A stretch of DNA of 53,431 nucleotides, counting the filler, from Squatina squatina (lineage: Eukaryota), in the NCBI GenBank assembly GCA_031763465.1. It is 3 parts of 3 records of this genome, joined end to end, with 100 filler letters (N's around TTAATTAATTAA, not from the genome) between each part and the next. Parts side by side here need not be neighbours in the genome. Positions count along the whole stretch, not along the records: positions 36,178 to 53,431 come from JARFOE010000001.1; 2 more parts are not named here. The stretch is one strand, 5' to 3'. Each line of letters begins with the position of its first letter. Position 1 is the first letter of the stretch. Both the position numbers and the translations under genes were made by a program. A model generated the notes under the pieces. It did no database searches and was not told where the DNA came from. It was given only the letters and a program-made list of their open reading frames with translations. This document shows positions 36,178 through 47,813 of this stretch, in pieces.

Positions 36178-36801
36178 AACTGGCCTGTATCATAGGATCC
36201 AGCTGTTCACTGGTTGGACCATTTTGTTGACTAGTGTTTGGTTTTAATCACTTCTTTTACACGCAGTCAGTAGAACACCATAAATTGGAACCTCTTGGAG
36301 GCTGTGCTTTCTGCTTAGATTCAGAGTCATTTAGATTCACAGTAAGATATATTTGGGTTCTTTTATAATCTCAGTCTGCAGAGGTTCTCCACAGGCACAC
36401 ACCTTATTTCTGTCCTCAAAGCAGAAATAAGGACAGAAATGAATAAATCTGAAACTGACCGAGAACTGCTGACACACAAATGAAAAGTTTGGAGATAATT
36501 TGGCAGTTTACAGGCAGCAAGCTAAGGACAACTCTACACACCCCAAGTCATCCCTCTCACTGTCTCCACTTCAGTACCGCTCACAATTAGAAAGAGTTAA
36601 AATTGCGTAGTACAGAAACCTGCATGGGGGATGGGCAGGGATGGCCAGTTCCATTTTCCAGTTTTCTGTATACTTCAAATGACTGATATATGTATTTACA
36701 GCATATTACAGTATACACAGACAACTTCACATACTGCACTCAGAACTTTAATCTGAACAACGCCTTACCAAACCCCATAGCTTTAATCTGAGAAACATGT
36801 T

Positions 36802-37826
36802 GGCCCAGATTTTGCTGTCAAAGTAACGGTGAGGCTAATAGCACATTTTCTGCAGATCACAAGTAATTTCTGTACAAAGAATGGATTTCCTCATGTGACT
36901 CATGCTTTGTAGTGGGAATGATTGTCTCTTGTTGCTATATGTAGTGACATCACAAATGAATATGAGAAAGTTGCCTTTGTTTGGTATTTCTAACAAAATT
37001 ATAAACATGAGTGCTTTTACTGTATTGCTATGCGTAGTGTCCATGGGAAGTCAGCGTGTCTTCTGGCATCCAGCTTGGAGAGAAATTGACAAAGACCCAT
37101 TTATTTTTGCATAAATGGTACAGCAATGGTTCAGGTGAGGGGCAGATGCAAGGTTAAACTCAAAAATCTAAAAGTTATTGTCCAAGTTGTGCATTCCGCC
37201 ATTAGTTTGGTAAAAACAACATCTTGCTGCTGCCTCACCATTGAAATGCATTGAAAGTTGCTGTATTTGTGCATTACATTCAAACTAAACTTGCCACAGA
37301 AAGTTAAGTCAAATCATTTCAAGTCTAAGTACCTTTTTAATGATGTAACAAATCTTAATTACTGTCAATCTATCACTTTGGCACCTAAAATGAACTATAT
37401 TCAAGTGTGGAGTCTCCTTCCTTCATATTTTAATTGTTGTTGGAGATTTTAAAATTGTAAAATTTTAAATTTATACTTTTTTTTAACTTTTCCTTGCTCT
37501 TTGTTTTCTCTCTCTAAATCTAGTCCTTCTTTCCCACTCTTTATTTCACTTTCTGTACTTGGTTTGACATTGTATTCACCTACACTAAGTTGCATTCCTT
37601 TCTCAGTCCCTTGCACTGTTTATTTCACAATCTTTCAATCTGATTGGTTAAGGAGATAAACAGTTGCTTTCACTCAGGTTCCAGATGTTGTTTCCCTCCC
37701 TGCAATGTTATCAGCTCGCACTTTCAGCAGCTTGCTATGCAAAAAATTAAAAAAGCGAATGGTGCAAAGGCAAGTCTAACTAATGGCAGACACAGTTAGA
37801 TGCCCTGCTACAGCAAAATTTGGCCC
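36802..37826. mobile_element. Non-autonomous TIR element (family B)
   Basis: TIRs ggcccagattttgctgt ... acagcaaaatttggccc. A homologous copy is at ~42600-43401. Confidence 0.75.
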
Positions 37827-38214
37827 ATTAATGAACCCCATAACTTAAATCTGATAAACACAGTAACAAACCCCAGTTTATGCCTGATTTATCCAGTCCT
37901 TGGTTAAATACAAGTCTGGTTATAAAATAACTTTTTGGTCTGTTCCAACCCATCACAGATCTTGATTGAATAATTTTCACAATATATAACCCATCTTTAA
38001 GAATGCGCTAAAATGTATTTATTTTCATCAGTAATGTGATCAGACTTTATTGTGGGGAAGATGCATGCGAATATTGACACATCCCTGGGATCTCCTTGCA
38101 AATTTTGACAATCCTGAATATCTCTGTCCTAAATTCTAGAAGAAGGTATCCTTAAGAAAACAGTGAACAGAAAACAAGTTTTATTAGTATACTGTGGACA
38201 GGATGGGAACAGTT

Positions 38215-38424
38215 GCCCAGATAATGGTCTGTACATGAATGCACGTAACATAAGAAATAACACAAAGGGCATGATGTAATAGCCATTACAGACAGCTGGC
38301 TACAACCTGAGCATGATTGGGAGCTAAATAATCCAAGCTATATGGTCTTTAGAAAGGATAGGGACATTGGGAAAGGAAGGGGAGTAAAAATATTGATAAA
38401 AGACACAATTACCGCAGTAGAAAA
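38215..38424 (+). mobile_element. CR1 ORF2 APE endonuclease N-terminal fragment
   Basis: LYMNARNIRN...DVIAITDSWL...DWELN...YMVFRKDR...GRGV. Confidence 0.75.
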
Positions 38425-40303
38425 NNNNNNNNNNNNNNNNNNNNNNNNNNNNNNNNNNNNNNNNNNNNNNNNNNNNNNNNNNNNNNNNNNNNNNNNNNNN
38501 NNNNNNNNNNNNNNNNNNNNNNNNGCCGCTATACCAACTGTGAATTCAGGGTCAATATCTTCCCCCAGTGCACTTCAGCAACTCACAATGGTTACATCAA
38601 CGGCATCTCCCAGCTTTGTTACCTCTACCATCAACAGGGACAAGAGCAGCAAGATCATGGGGATACCTCTGAATTGCACTCCAAGTCCACACCATGACTT
38701 GGACATATATTGTTATTCATTCATTATCTATGTGCCAAAATCCATGAATTCCCTACCTAACACCATTCTGGGTGGATTGTAATGATTCAGAGAAAAGCTC
38801 ACCACCACCTTCTCCCGCTAACATTGCCCTCATCCCAAAAACAAAAATTTAAAAAAATTTCAACTGATTTCTGGTGCTGAAAAGTAGTGTTCCCAGGGGG
38901 AATGAGTTAAATGTAAAAAGACTATGCAGAAGACGCCAATAGTTCCAGTGAATTTTTTGGCTCCTTTAGTCTAACCAAATTGCATGTCAGACTGACATTA
39001 AATGAAAACTGAAACAAACATTTCAAACTGAAGTAAAGAAATGTCACCAAAAACATTTCCCAATATTGAAGAAAGTCTAATTTTATTACTAATATTTTAA
39101 TATCAATTAATTGCAATAAAGTCAATTTTGTACATAAATTAATGTTTAAAATGACCAAAATATTTAAACCCCTCCAACATGCAAAGTTTTTAGCAGGTTT
39201 TCTAGAATACCAGTTAGATCTCTAACGATTGTTTCACTAAAGTCCAATTGTCCTATGAACTTCTAAAGTTAATATTACCGCTTTTAAATTTTAAATATAA
39301 ACTTGAGTTGGAAATGCATGATTACAAGACAGCCAAGTTATTTTCATTAGTAGTACAAGCACCAAAATGTAAATGATATCATCAGAAAGCAGCCTTGCAG
39401 GTATATTTTGTTACTGAAAGCAAATGCAGCAGCAACAGCTTTAATCAAAGCTGATCCATGCCTGTCATGTGGTATCAGTGTCTTCAGTTAAAGTCCTACA
39501 TACTAGGCTCATGTATGTAATCCCTGATCTTAGATAGAAACTGTACCCAATGCAGGAGGAAATAGCTTGAGCCCTGCTGACCCAGATACCTTTGGTGCTT
39601 ACTCATGTTCAGCTAGAGCTTCCTTCAATCAATGCATCTTTGGAAGGCTAATTCAATCTCTACAAGTCAATTTCCCATGACCTCCAGCAATGACTGCAAT
39701 CAAGCCATACTCATTATGAAAAGGTGAGATCGCCTTTTCAGTCCTCATAAGTTGTGTCTGGTTGGTGAGCAACAAGAACACAAATCGTGGACCATCAGAA
39801 TGTTCCTGCATCAGGAATGATAGAATTTAAGAGAGGAGTAGCACATGATGATAATGTCAATGCATGCAAAAGGCTCAGTCCAACACAAATGTAAACCAAT
39901 AAAAATGTATTTATTTTCAAACAGACGATACAAATGGGAAAACTGAAAATTAGTGGTGAAGCTGGAGAGCAGTCCAAGGTGGCATTCATACTTTGTGGGA
40001 GAAGGGGGAAAGAAGAGAAAGAAATGACAGACAGACATTGAGCTACAGTATGCAAATGTTCTAAAGTACTATGGGCGGCCAATTCGTGTTTTGGGTGTTT
40101 CTTGCGCTAAGTGCTGAATTTAGCGTTGGAAATGGGACTCTTAGAAAATTTTCAGTGAAGCCCCCAATTAGCCACTTTACAATTTGAGCGTTCAAACACG
40201 TGCNNNNNNNNNNNNNNNNNNNNNNNNNNNNNNNNNNNNNNNNNNNNNNNNNNNNNNNNNNNNNNNNNNNNNNNNNNNNNNNNNNNNNNNNNNNNNNNNN
40301 NNN

Positions 40304-40730
40304 GGGCTCCACGTGCTCCCGCCGGAGAATCTCAAACCGGTTGCCGCCTCCGCGGATGCTTCTCCTCCATTTTGGGCGATCTAGGGCCAGAGATTCCCAT
40401 GAGTCAGTGAGGATGTTGCATTTTTTCAGTGAGGCCTTGAGTACGTCCTTCAAGCGCTTCCTCTGCCCTCCTCGTAGGCGCTTGCCATGGCGGAGCTCGG
40501 AATATAGTGCTTGTTTCGGGAGTCCTGAATCAGGCATGCTGACGATGTGACCTGCCCATTGGTTGAGCGTGACCAGTGCCTTGATACTGGGGATGTTGGC
40601 TTGAGTCAGGATGCTGATGTTGGTGCATTTATCCTGCCAGTTGATTTACAAGATTTTGTAGAAGCAGCGTTGGTGGTATTTCCCCAGTGCTTTGAGGTGC
40701 CTGCTGTACAGTGACCATGTCTCCGATGCG
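40304..40730 (-). mobile_element. RTE-clade LINE C-terminal fragment
   Basis: WAGHIV.MPDSGLPKQALYSELRHGKRLRGGQRKRLKDVLKASLKKC...WESLALDRPKWR is the typical RTE/BovB ORF end. Confidence 0.85.
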
Positions 40731-41270
40731 ATGCAAAGTGTCTTTGATTTGCAGGGCAAGAAGAATTGAGGAGTCAGTATAAAGTGAGGGTCTGAGTCAA
40801 CAGAGATTAAAAGAGCGATCGAGAGTGTGAACAATGTCAGTTGGGATGGGAACCTTTCTACAGGTAAGTGCAGGTTAATGAATGCAAATTATTGCGTCTC
40901 TTTGCCCTCCCCAAAGAAGAACTGGATTTTTGCAGGGGATTAAGTTATTAAAATCCATGAAACTTAAACACATCAGTGACAGTGACAGAAGTATTCACAA
41001 TGTAACAGTCTTACATGACCTAAGAGGCTGTTAAATGGATTTGTAGTGTAACTAGTTTTTCCAGATACACTCAATTTTTTGGTAATAAAAATATTAATGT
41101 GCACATTTTCTTTTTAACATAGAATGTCATGTTGCATGACTCAAAACAACTTTGTGAGCACTTCACTGAATGTACTATTTGCAATATGAACTCTGGAGGT
41201 GACTATTAATGGTTTCTTTCAGAGCCTTAATCTGAAAATATGATTAAGGTTATTGTGCAAGATCCATTAC

Positions 41271-41380
41271 CTGTTCCTCACGGGTTGGTCCGTTCTTTGG
41301 TTTTTGTCTTCGTAATTCTTCATATTTTTTCCTTTCATTTAAATATTCTGCTACTGCACTATTTGGAGCCTGTTCAGTCT
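41271..41380 (-). CDS. CWC27: Spliceosome-associated cyclophilin CWC27, C-terminal region exon (110 nt)
   Basis: ggcag|(E)TEQAPNSAVAEYLNERKKYEELRRQKPKNGPTREEQ|gtaat, in phase with the exon at 47713-47813. Confidence 0.88.
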
Positions 41381-41524
41381 CTGCCAACAAATAAAAACAG
41401 AAATGATATCTGTACACTTTTTTTTGCTTTTAGAGACAATAATTGTCTCAAATACAATAATGTTGTCTCAAATAATACAACAAATGTAATTGGCACTTCA
41501 AAAGTATGGGCTAATAAATTAAAG

Positions 41525-42058
41525 CCGGGTTGGATTTTTTCTTAAAGGCAAATCGTGTTTGACTAACTTGATGGAGTTCTTTGATGAAGTAATGGAGAGA
41601 GGTGATGAGGGTAGTGCGGTTGATATTGTGTATATGGACTTTCAAAAAGCGTTTAACAAAGTAGCACATAATAGACTAAGCAAAATTAAAGGGACAGTGG
41701 CAGCGTGAATACAAAATTGGCTAAAGGACAGAAAGCGGAGACTTATGGTGAACGGTTGTTATTCAGAGTAGAGGGAAGTATACAGTGGTGTTCCCCAGGG
41801 TTGGGTATTAGGACCACTGCTCTTTTTGATATATATGAATGATCCAGACTTGGGTATACAGGGCATAATTTCAAAGTTTGCAGATGACATGCTGCTAGGA
41901 AATGTAGTAAACAGTGAGGAGGATAGTAACAGACTTTAGGAGGACATAGACTGGTGAAATGGGCAGACACATGGCAGATGAAATTTAATGCAGAGAAGTG
42001 TGAAGTGATACATTATGGTAGCAAGAATGAGGAGTGGCAATAAAAACTAAATAGTACA
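41525..42058 (+). mobile_element. CR1 RT fragment
   Basis: KGKSCLTNLMEFFD...YMDFQKAF...SGVPQG...KFADD...WQMKFNAEKCEV. Confidence 0.9.
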
Positions 42059-42158
42059 NNNNNNNNNNNNNNNNNNNNNNNNNNNNNNNNNNNNNNNNNN
42101 NNNNNNNNNNNNNNNNNNNNNNNNNNNNNNNNNNNNNNNNNNNNNNNNNNNNNNNNNN

Positions 42159-42270
42159 CGACAGTGCAGCACTCCCTTAGCACTGTACTTGGAGTGTCAG
42201 CCTAGATATTTGTGCTCAAGTCTCTGGAGTGGGACCTGAACCCACAACCTTCTGACTCAGAGGTGAGAGA
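42159..42270 (-). mobile_element. Deu-domain SINE 5' part
   Basis: tRNA-like head followed by agggagtgctgcactgtcg. Confidence 0.7.
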
Positions 42271-42599
42271 ACCAGTACATTTACCGATGAGAAGTTTACA
42301 ATGTTGAGGACACAGTCATTGCAAAGGGTTCCAGCTGAGTGAGGATCAAATGAAAACTGAAAGCTGAGATAGTGGAATTGTACAGTGGAATAATGAATAG
42401 AAGAATACCATCAGGCAAATCACTGAGAGCTCGCTCAGGGGAGATGATGCAAAGGTTCTATGATATTTGTTACCAGTTAGTTACAATGACAACGTTAGAG
42501 CTGAACGTATATTGAATCATAGAACGGTTACAGCAGAGAAGGGGCCCGTACTGATATGGCATCAAGTGATGCTTTTACCTCCAATTCGTACAAAATAAT

Positions 42600-43401
42600 G
42601 TTCCATAATTTGCTGTCAAAGTAACGGTGGGGCTAATAGCGTATCATTGTTTATGAGCAAATGCCACAACAACTTGGGGAAGGACAGAACCGCAATTAAA
42701 TGTGAATATCCAACTGTTGCTGTCCGGGATGTGCCGCTCCGCCGTTAGCTTCGCGAAAATGGCATCTCGCCGTCCGCCTTTACCATTGGTATGCCTCGAA
42801 TGGCATGAAGCTGATATACTTGCGCAGTAGATACAAACTAAACTCACCACAGAAAGTTAGAGCTGGTCTGAAGTGATATAAAGAGCCTGTTCTGGAGCCA
42901 TTTAAGGTCAGCACATACTTAATTGCATCTGCATTAGCTGTCAGAGGTTCTTTTAATGATTCTTTTAATTACTGCCAAAGAGCCTATCTGGCACCGAAAA
43001 TTAATTATTACAAATGTGGAGACTCATTCCCCCAGGAATTAATTGTTGTTGGATATGTTAAAAATTTGAAACTTAAAAGTCAATTTTTTTCTTTTTAATT
43101 TTCCTTTCTGTCTCTTTTTACTCTCTCTCGATCCAATCTTTCTTTCCCTCTCTTTCTGTACCTGATTTGACATTCAATTTGCCCACTTGAATTCATAATT
43201 CCTTCTCAGTCCTTGCCCTGTTTATTTCACAACCCTTAAATCTGATTGGGGACGGAATTGCACAGTTGAGCTGTCTCCCTCAGTGCGCAGTTCTCAGCTC
43301 ACTCTTCCAGCAACTTGCCTCGCAAAAATGTTAAAACTGCAAAGGAAAATCTAAGGTGATGGCGGACAACATGAGATGATCTGCTCCAGAAATTATAGCC
43401 C
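42600..43401. mobile_element. Non-autonomous TIR element (family B), second copy
   Basis: Shares ttgctgtcaaagtaacggtg.ggctaatagc and the internal block ctttctgtac...ttctcagtcc...ctgtttatttcacaa...aatctgattgg with 36802-37826. Confidence 0.7.
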
Positions 43402-46224
43402 TGTATGTTTTCTGTTAGTGCAATGTCGATCACTTATATTTTGATCAATCTATATTGATGAGTACGAAAGTCTAAATGAATTACATCACCAAGCAATCCT
43501 TAAACTATTCAATGATGAGCATTTGCCACATATTGAAGATTGTTTTTTTTTACAGTACAGCACTATAACATCAGACACGCAATGACTTACATTATTGTAC
43601 TTATTTTAATCTCTTGGAATTGCCATGGTTACTGTCGACGATAAATCTGTGCAGCTATCACCCCATCCGTTTCTCACTCCAGATTGGGTTGGAACAATGT
43701 CAGTATGTGCCTGCTGGGTCTCTGCGGGTGTTTACACCAGAGACATGGGTAACTGCTGGGCAAAAGAAGAGAATAGGACATTTTAGTCCAGCGGGTTGCA
43801 TGGACAAGTTACATGGAGTTAAATAACAAAAGGAGCTTCGGAGGATGGAAATTGAGCCATGTCGGAGAAGGGATAACCCATGTCAAGCAGAGAAATTTCT
43901 CTTGCAGGGACATTGGCATATTCTATTTCATCTTATAAATTTGGGCCGCATAAGGAAAAAAAGGAACGGTAAAAGGCCATTTCACCCACTAAGCTTGTTC
44001 CTTCCACAAACCACATATAGTTCATCCACTATGGCCTCTTGCACACACTGGGGGTAATTTAGACTTTGGGTGATAGTGTGAAATGCGTAATGTCAGCTCA
44101 GCTACCTGTTAAACACATCAAATCGGGGAGAGTTGTGGCCGAACTGATGGCGCACATTTTACACTGCTGTGCAAAACCAAAATTACCCCCGTCTAATCTG
44201 CTGAAGCAAAGTTCTGCTGGAAAAACTCCCTGATCTCCTCAAGTAACCATGACTAAATTCCAGAAATTCTTTATCCTCGTATTCCCACTATTGAATCCTG
44301 ACCCTCTGCCCCTCTACAAGCCAGATTCCTTTCGATCGTGCATCAGAGCAACAATCCTCTTCATGGAGCCTTCGGCCACCTTGGCCCAGTATCAATCCCC
44401 TTCATAAACAGATTTTATCTTGCCAATCAGAAAGTTCAGCAGAGAAACAAACCAGTGTTTTTAAGAACGCCCCCAGGCTGCTGTTCCCATAAATAACTTA
44501 ATAGTTTCTTGCAGATTAACACAGGTGTCAAGTAATACTACGAATTAGTGTTTGGCTACAGCCAGCCTCTCATTAACTAATAGATCATGGAAAAAAATAA
44601 CCACGAAAAGCTAATAATAAAATGATGAAATCCCTGAAACAATAAATTCAGCACAATTAGTATTTGAAAATGCTTTCAAGTTTTAATAAATATTAAGGTG
44701 ATAGTTTGGCTTTATCTCTATCAGGAAATGTGGTTTTCTTCACCTTGGTGGCCATTTATTCATAACATAAAGAGATCTAACTTATATTTTGTATTATTTA
44801 CACTTTACAAAAAAAAGCTTTTGAAGATTAAGAACTCTTAATTGTTGCAAGTACAAAGAAGTATTTTCAATTTGTCACAACAAAAAGAACATAAAATTTT
44901 ACAAAATGTATCAGATTAAGTAATATTTCACAAATAAACTTATTCAACTAACTCGTACCGATGTTTTGTTTCTTTCTGAACAGAAGTTATTTTACAATGG
45001 AGGTGCACATTTGGCTTTCTAGGATTTTCATTTGTTAACTACAGATCCATCAAATTTGATAGAAATATTTTATTTGAAAGATATTTTGCAATGCATCCAA
45101 ATACTAATAATTTAATGTGTGGTTTTGGAAAAAGTTCAGAATTTAAATCTGACGTAACTATCGTACAAAAATTTAAATCTTATTGGCCACGTTATTTAGA
45201 TGTACACAAATTACTTGGTGATTATCGACCAACAGCCAAAACCCATGACTAGTGGTATACACATATTTTCTCACTTATTTTGAAAGTTAACAGTTTTATT
45301 TTTATTTTTTTTCTGAAAGATTATGAATNNNNNNNNNNNNNNNNNNNNNNNNNNNNNNNNNNNNNNNNNNNNNNNNNNNNNNNNNNNNNNNNNNNNNNNN
45401 NNNNNNNNNNNNNNNNNNNNNNNNNNNNTTACAGTACTAATAAAATAGCCAGAATACATTTTAATAAAAATAAACTGACTTATTATGCCACTGCAAATCT
45501 TTTATCCATGTACACTTTCTGTCAACTCTTTATAAATTCCTATGTCCACATTTATAAAGGAAACTGCCAATGTAAATTTGTCACTCTGTAATTTTTCCTT
45601 CCTGCAATGAAGCGACTGTAGTACCACCACTAGTGAAAGTTTACATAGGCAGTTTTCATTTTAAATTTGACATAGGAAGTTAATTTGAAAATATAACAAG
45701 GCCAAAATATACGGTTAAATAAAACCTTGAAAATTTCAATTGACCTAGCTTTCACAGCCTTTTCGGGGAGAGAGTTCTAGATTTCCATTACTCTTTGTGT
45801 GAAATACATTTTTTCAAATATAAATTCCTATGTCCACATCAATAATGGAAGCTGGCTATGCAAACTTGTCACCTTATAATTATAATCTCTTGCCAGTTGT
45901 GGCCCTGTAGTGCCTCAGTTTTACATCTGCAGCTCCTCAGCCTGCACTGCTGAGAAACCTTTGTGCTCCAACCAACTCTAATTCTCCGCTTCCCAAATTA
46001 CTGTTCAGTTTTGCTACTTACATTATTTATACAAACGTAGAAAATTGATGGGTAGGAAAAGACTAGCTTGTCCATCACCATGATGGCCAGAGCACCATAA
46101 CTAAACACTTCCTTCCTTCCATGTATTTGGGACCATTTGAGGATATATGCTGTGCAAAGAAGTTTAAATATTCTGTTTTTAAGACACTGCATTTCAATTA
46201 CCATTTTATGGGAATAAACTATTC

Positions 46225-46693
46225 ATGAACCAAACGTTGCCTTAACAATTACAATGGAATGAGGATAGGGTTGGCGAAGGTGGACTGGGCAGATAGATTG
46301 GAAGGAAAGACAGTAGACAAGCATTGGCAGACATTTAAGGAGGTAATTCATGACTCTCAGCAAAAATATATCCCAGTAAGGAGGAAAGATTCTATGGGAG
46401 CGATGAACCAACCATGCCTAACCAAGGAAGTTAAGGAGGGTATTAAGCTGCAAGAGAAAACATATAAGGAGGCAAAAGTTAGCGGTAGACCCGAAGATTG
46501 GGCTAAATTTAGAATCCAGCAAAGGAGGACAAAAGAGAAAATAAACTATGAGAGCAAACTAGCGAGGGATATAAAAACTGACAAGAGCTTCTTTAAGTAT
46601 ATAAAAAGGAAGAGAAAGGTCAAAGTGAACATAGGCCCCTTAGAGAATGAGGCTGGGGAAATAGTTATGGGGAACAAGGAAATGGCAGAGGAG
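46225..46693 (+). mobile_element. CR1 ORF2 linker fragment
   Basis: LAKVDW...WQTFK...QQKYIPVR...YESKLARDIK...FFKYIKRKR...IGPLENEAGE...KEMAE. Confidence 0.88.
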
Positions 46694-46793
46694 NNNNNNN
46701 NNNNNNNNNNNNNNNNNNNNNNNNNNNNNNNNNNNNNNNNNNNNNNNNNNNNNNNNNNNNNNNNNNNNNNNNNNNNNNNNNNNNNNNNNNNNN

Positions 46794-47485
46794 AGTGCAG
46801 GGAAAGGGAAGAAGAGAGGAAAGAACAAAGGGAAGGTCTGTGATAGGGTGGAAGGCAGAAGTGATTAAATGACAAAAGGTATGATGGCGCAAAGCAAAAG
46901 TGGGTGGTGGTGGGACACGCAAAGAAATGAAGGATGGGTTTAGAGGAGGTTAAATGGGAATATCAGAATCATCAGCAACAGCTGCCATCTGAAAAAATGG
47001 GTGCAGAGGTTATGATCTGAAATTTTTTAACTCAATGTTGAGTCTGGAAAGTTGTCAAGTGCCTAATAGAAAGATGAGGATGGAAATGGGACAAGTAAAG
47101 TAACAGAAGATGGGTCTAGAGGAGCTGAAAATAGCAACAGCAGAATCATTACCAACACCTGTCCAGAAAAAATGGGAGCAGTGATCATGGTCTAAAATTG
47201 TTGAACTCGATGTTGAGTCTGGAAGGTTGTAAAATGCCTAATTGAAAGATGAGGTGCTATTCCTCAAGCTTCATCAGAACAGTGTAGGAAGGCAAGGACA
47301 GAGAGGTCAGAATGGGAGTGGGGTGGAGAATTAAAATGACAAGCGGCCGGATGCTCAAGCTCACACTTGCAGACTGTTCCGCAAAGCAATCACCCAATCT
47401 GAGTTGGTCTCCCCAATTTAGAGGAGACCACATCGTAAGCTGTGAATACAGTACTAAATTGAATGAATTACAACAAAATCACTGT
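46794..47485 (-). mobile_element. Penelope-like element: GIY-YIG endonuclease remnant plus partially tandem 3' region
   Basis: The minus strand reads (degenerate) CGLL*IGET...CHFNSPPHSHSDLSVL...KLEE*HLIFQLGILQPSRLNIEFNNFR, followed by the same 3' region as 441-600. Confidence 0.85.
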
Positions 47486-47712
47486 TGGACAGACGTCCAG
47501 ATGTTTAATTAGATGACTAAGTGATTGATTTTAACTCCTGAGCGGTAACATGGCAAATGGCGTGGCATGCCTGTCCGAGTGTGGTAGCAGGGAGGCTCAG
47601 CCTATTTTAATAGCTGAGCCACATTAACATGTCGTTTACCGACTTCCAGACCAACACAGCTATACAAATCCCAAATGTCGGCAATAGTTATAAATATATT
47701 CTTCATTCTTAC

Positions 47713-47813
47713 CTTGTGACACTTCTTCTTCCTTTTTAAGAATGTCTGCCTTCTTCTGTTTTGCTGCCAATATTTCCCGTTTTAGCTGACGTGCTTCTTT
47801 GCGTAACTCTTCA
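47713..47813 (-). CDS. CWC27: CWC27 coiled-coil exon (101 nt)
   Basis: cttgcag|EELRKEARQLKREILAAKQKKADILKKEEEVSQ|gtaag matches vertebrate CWC27 EELRKEARQLKRELLAAKQKK. Confidence 0.93.
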
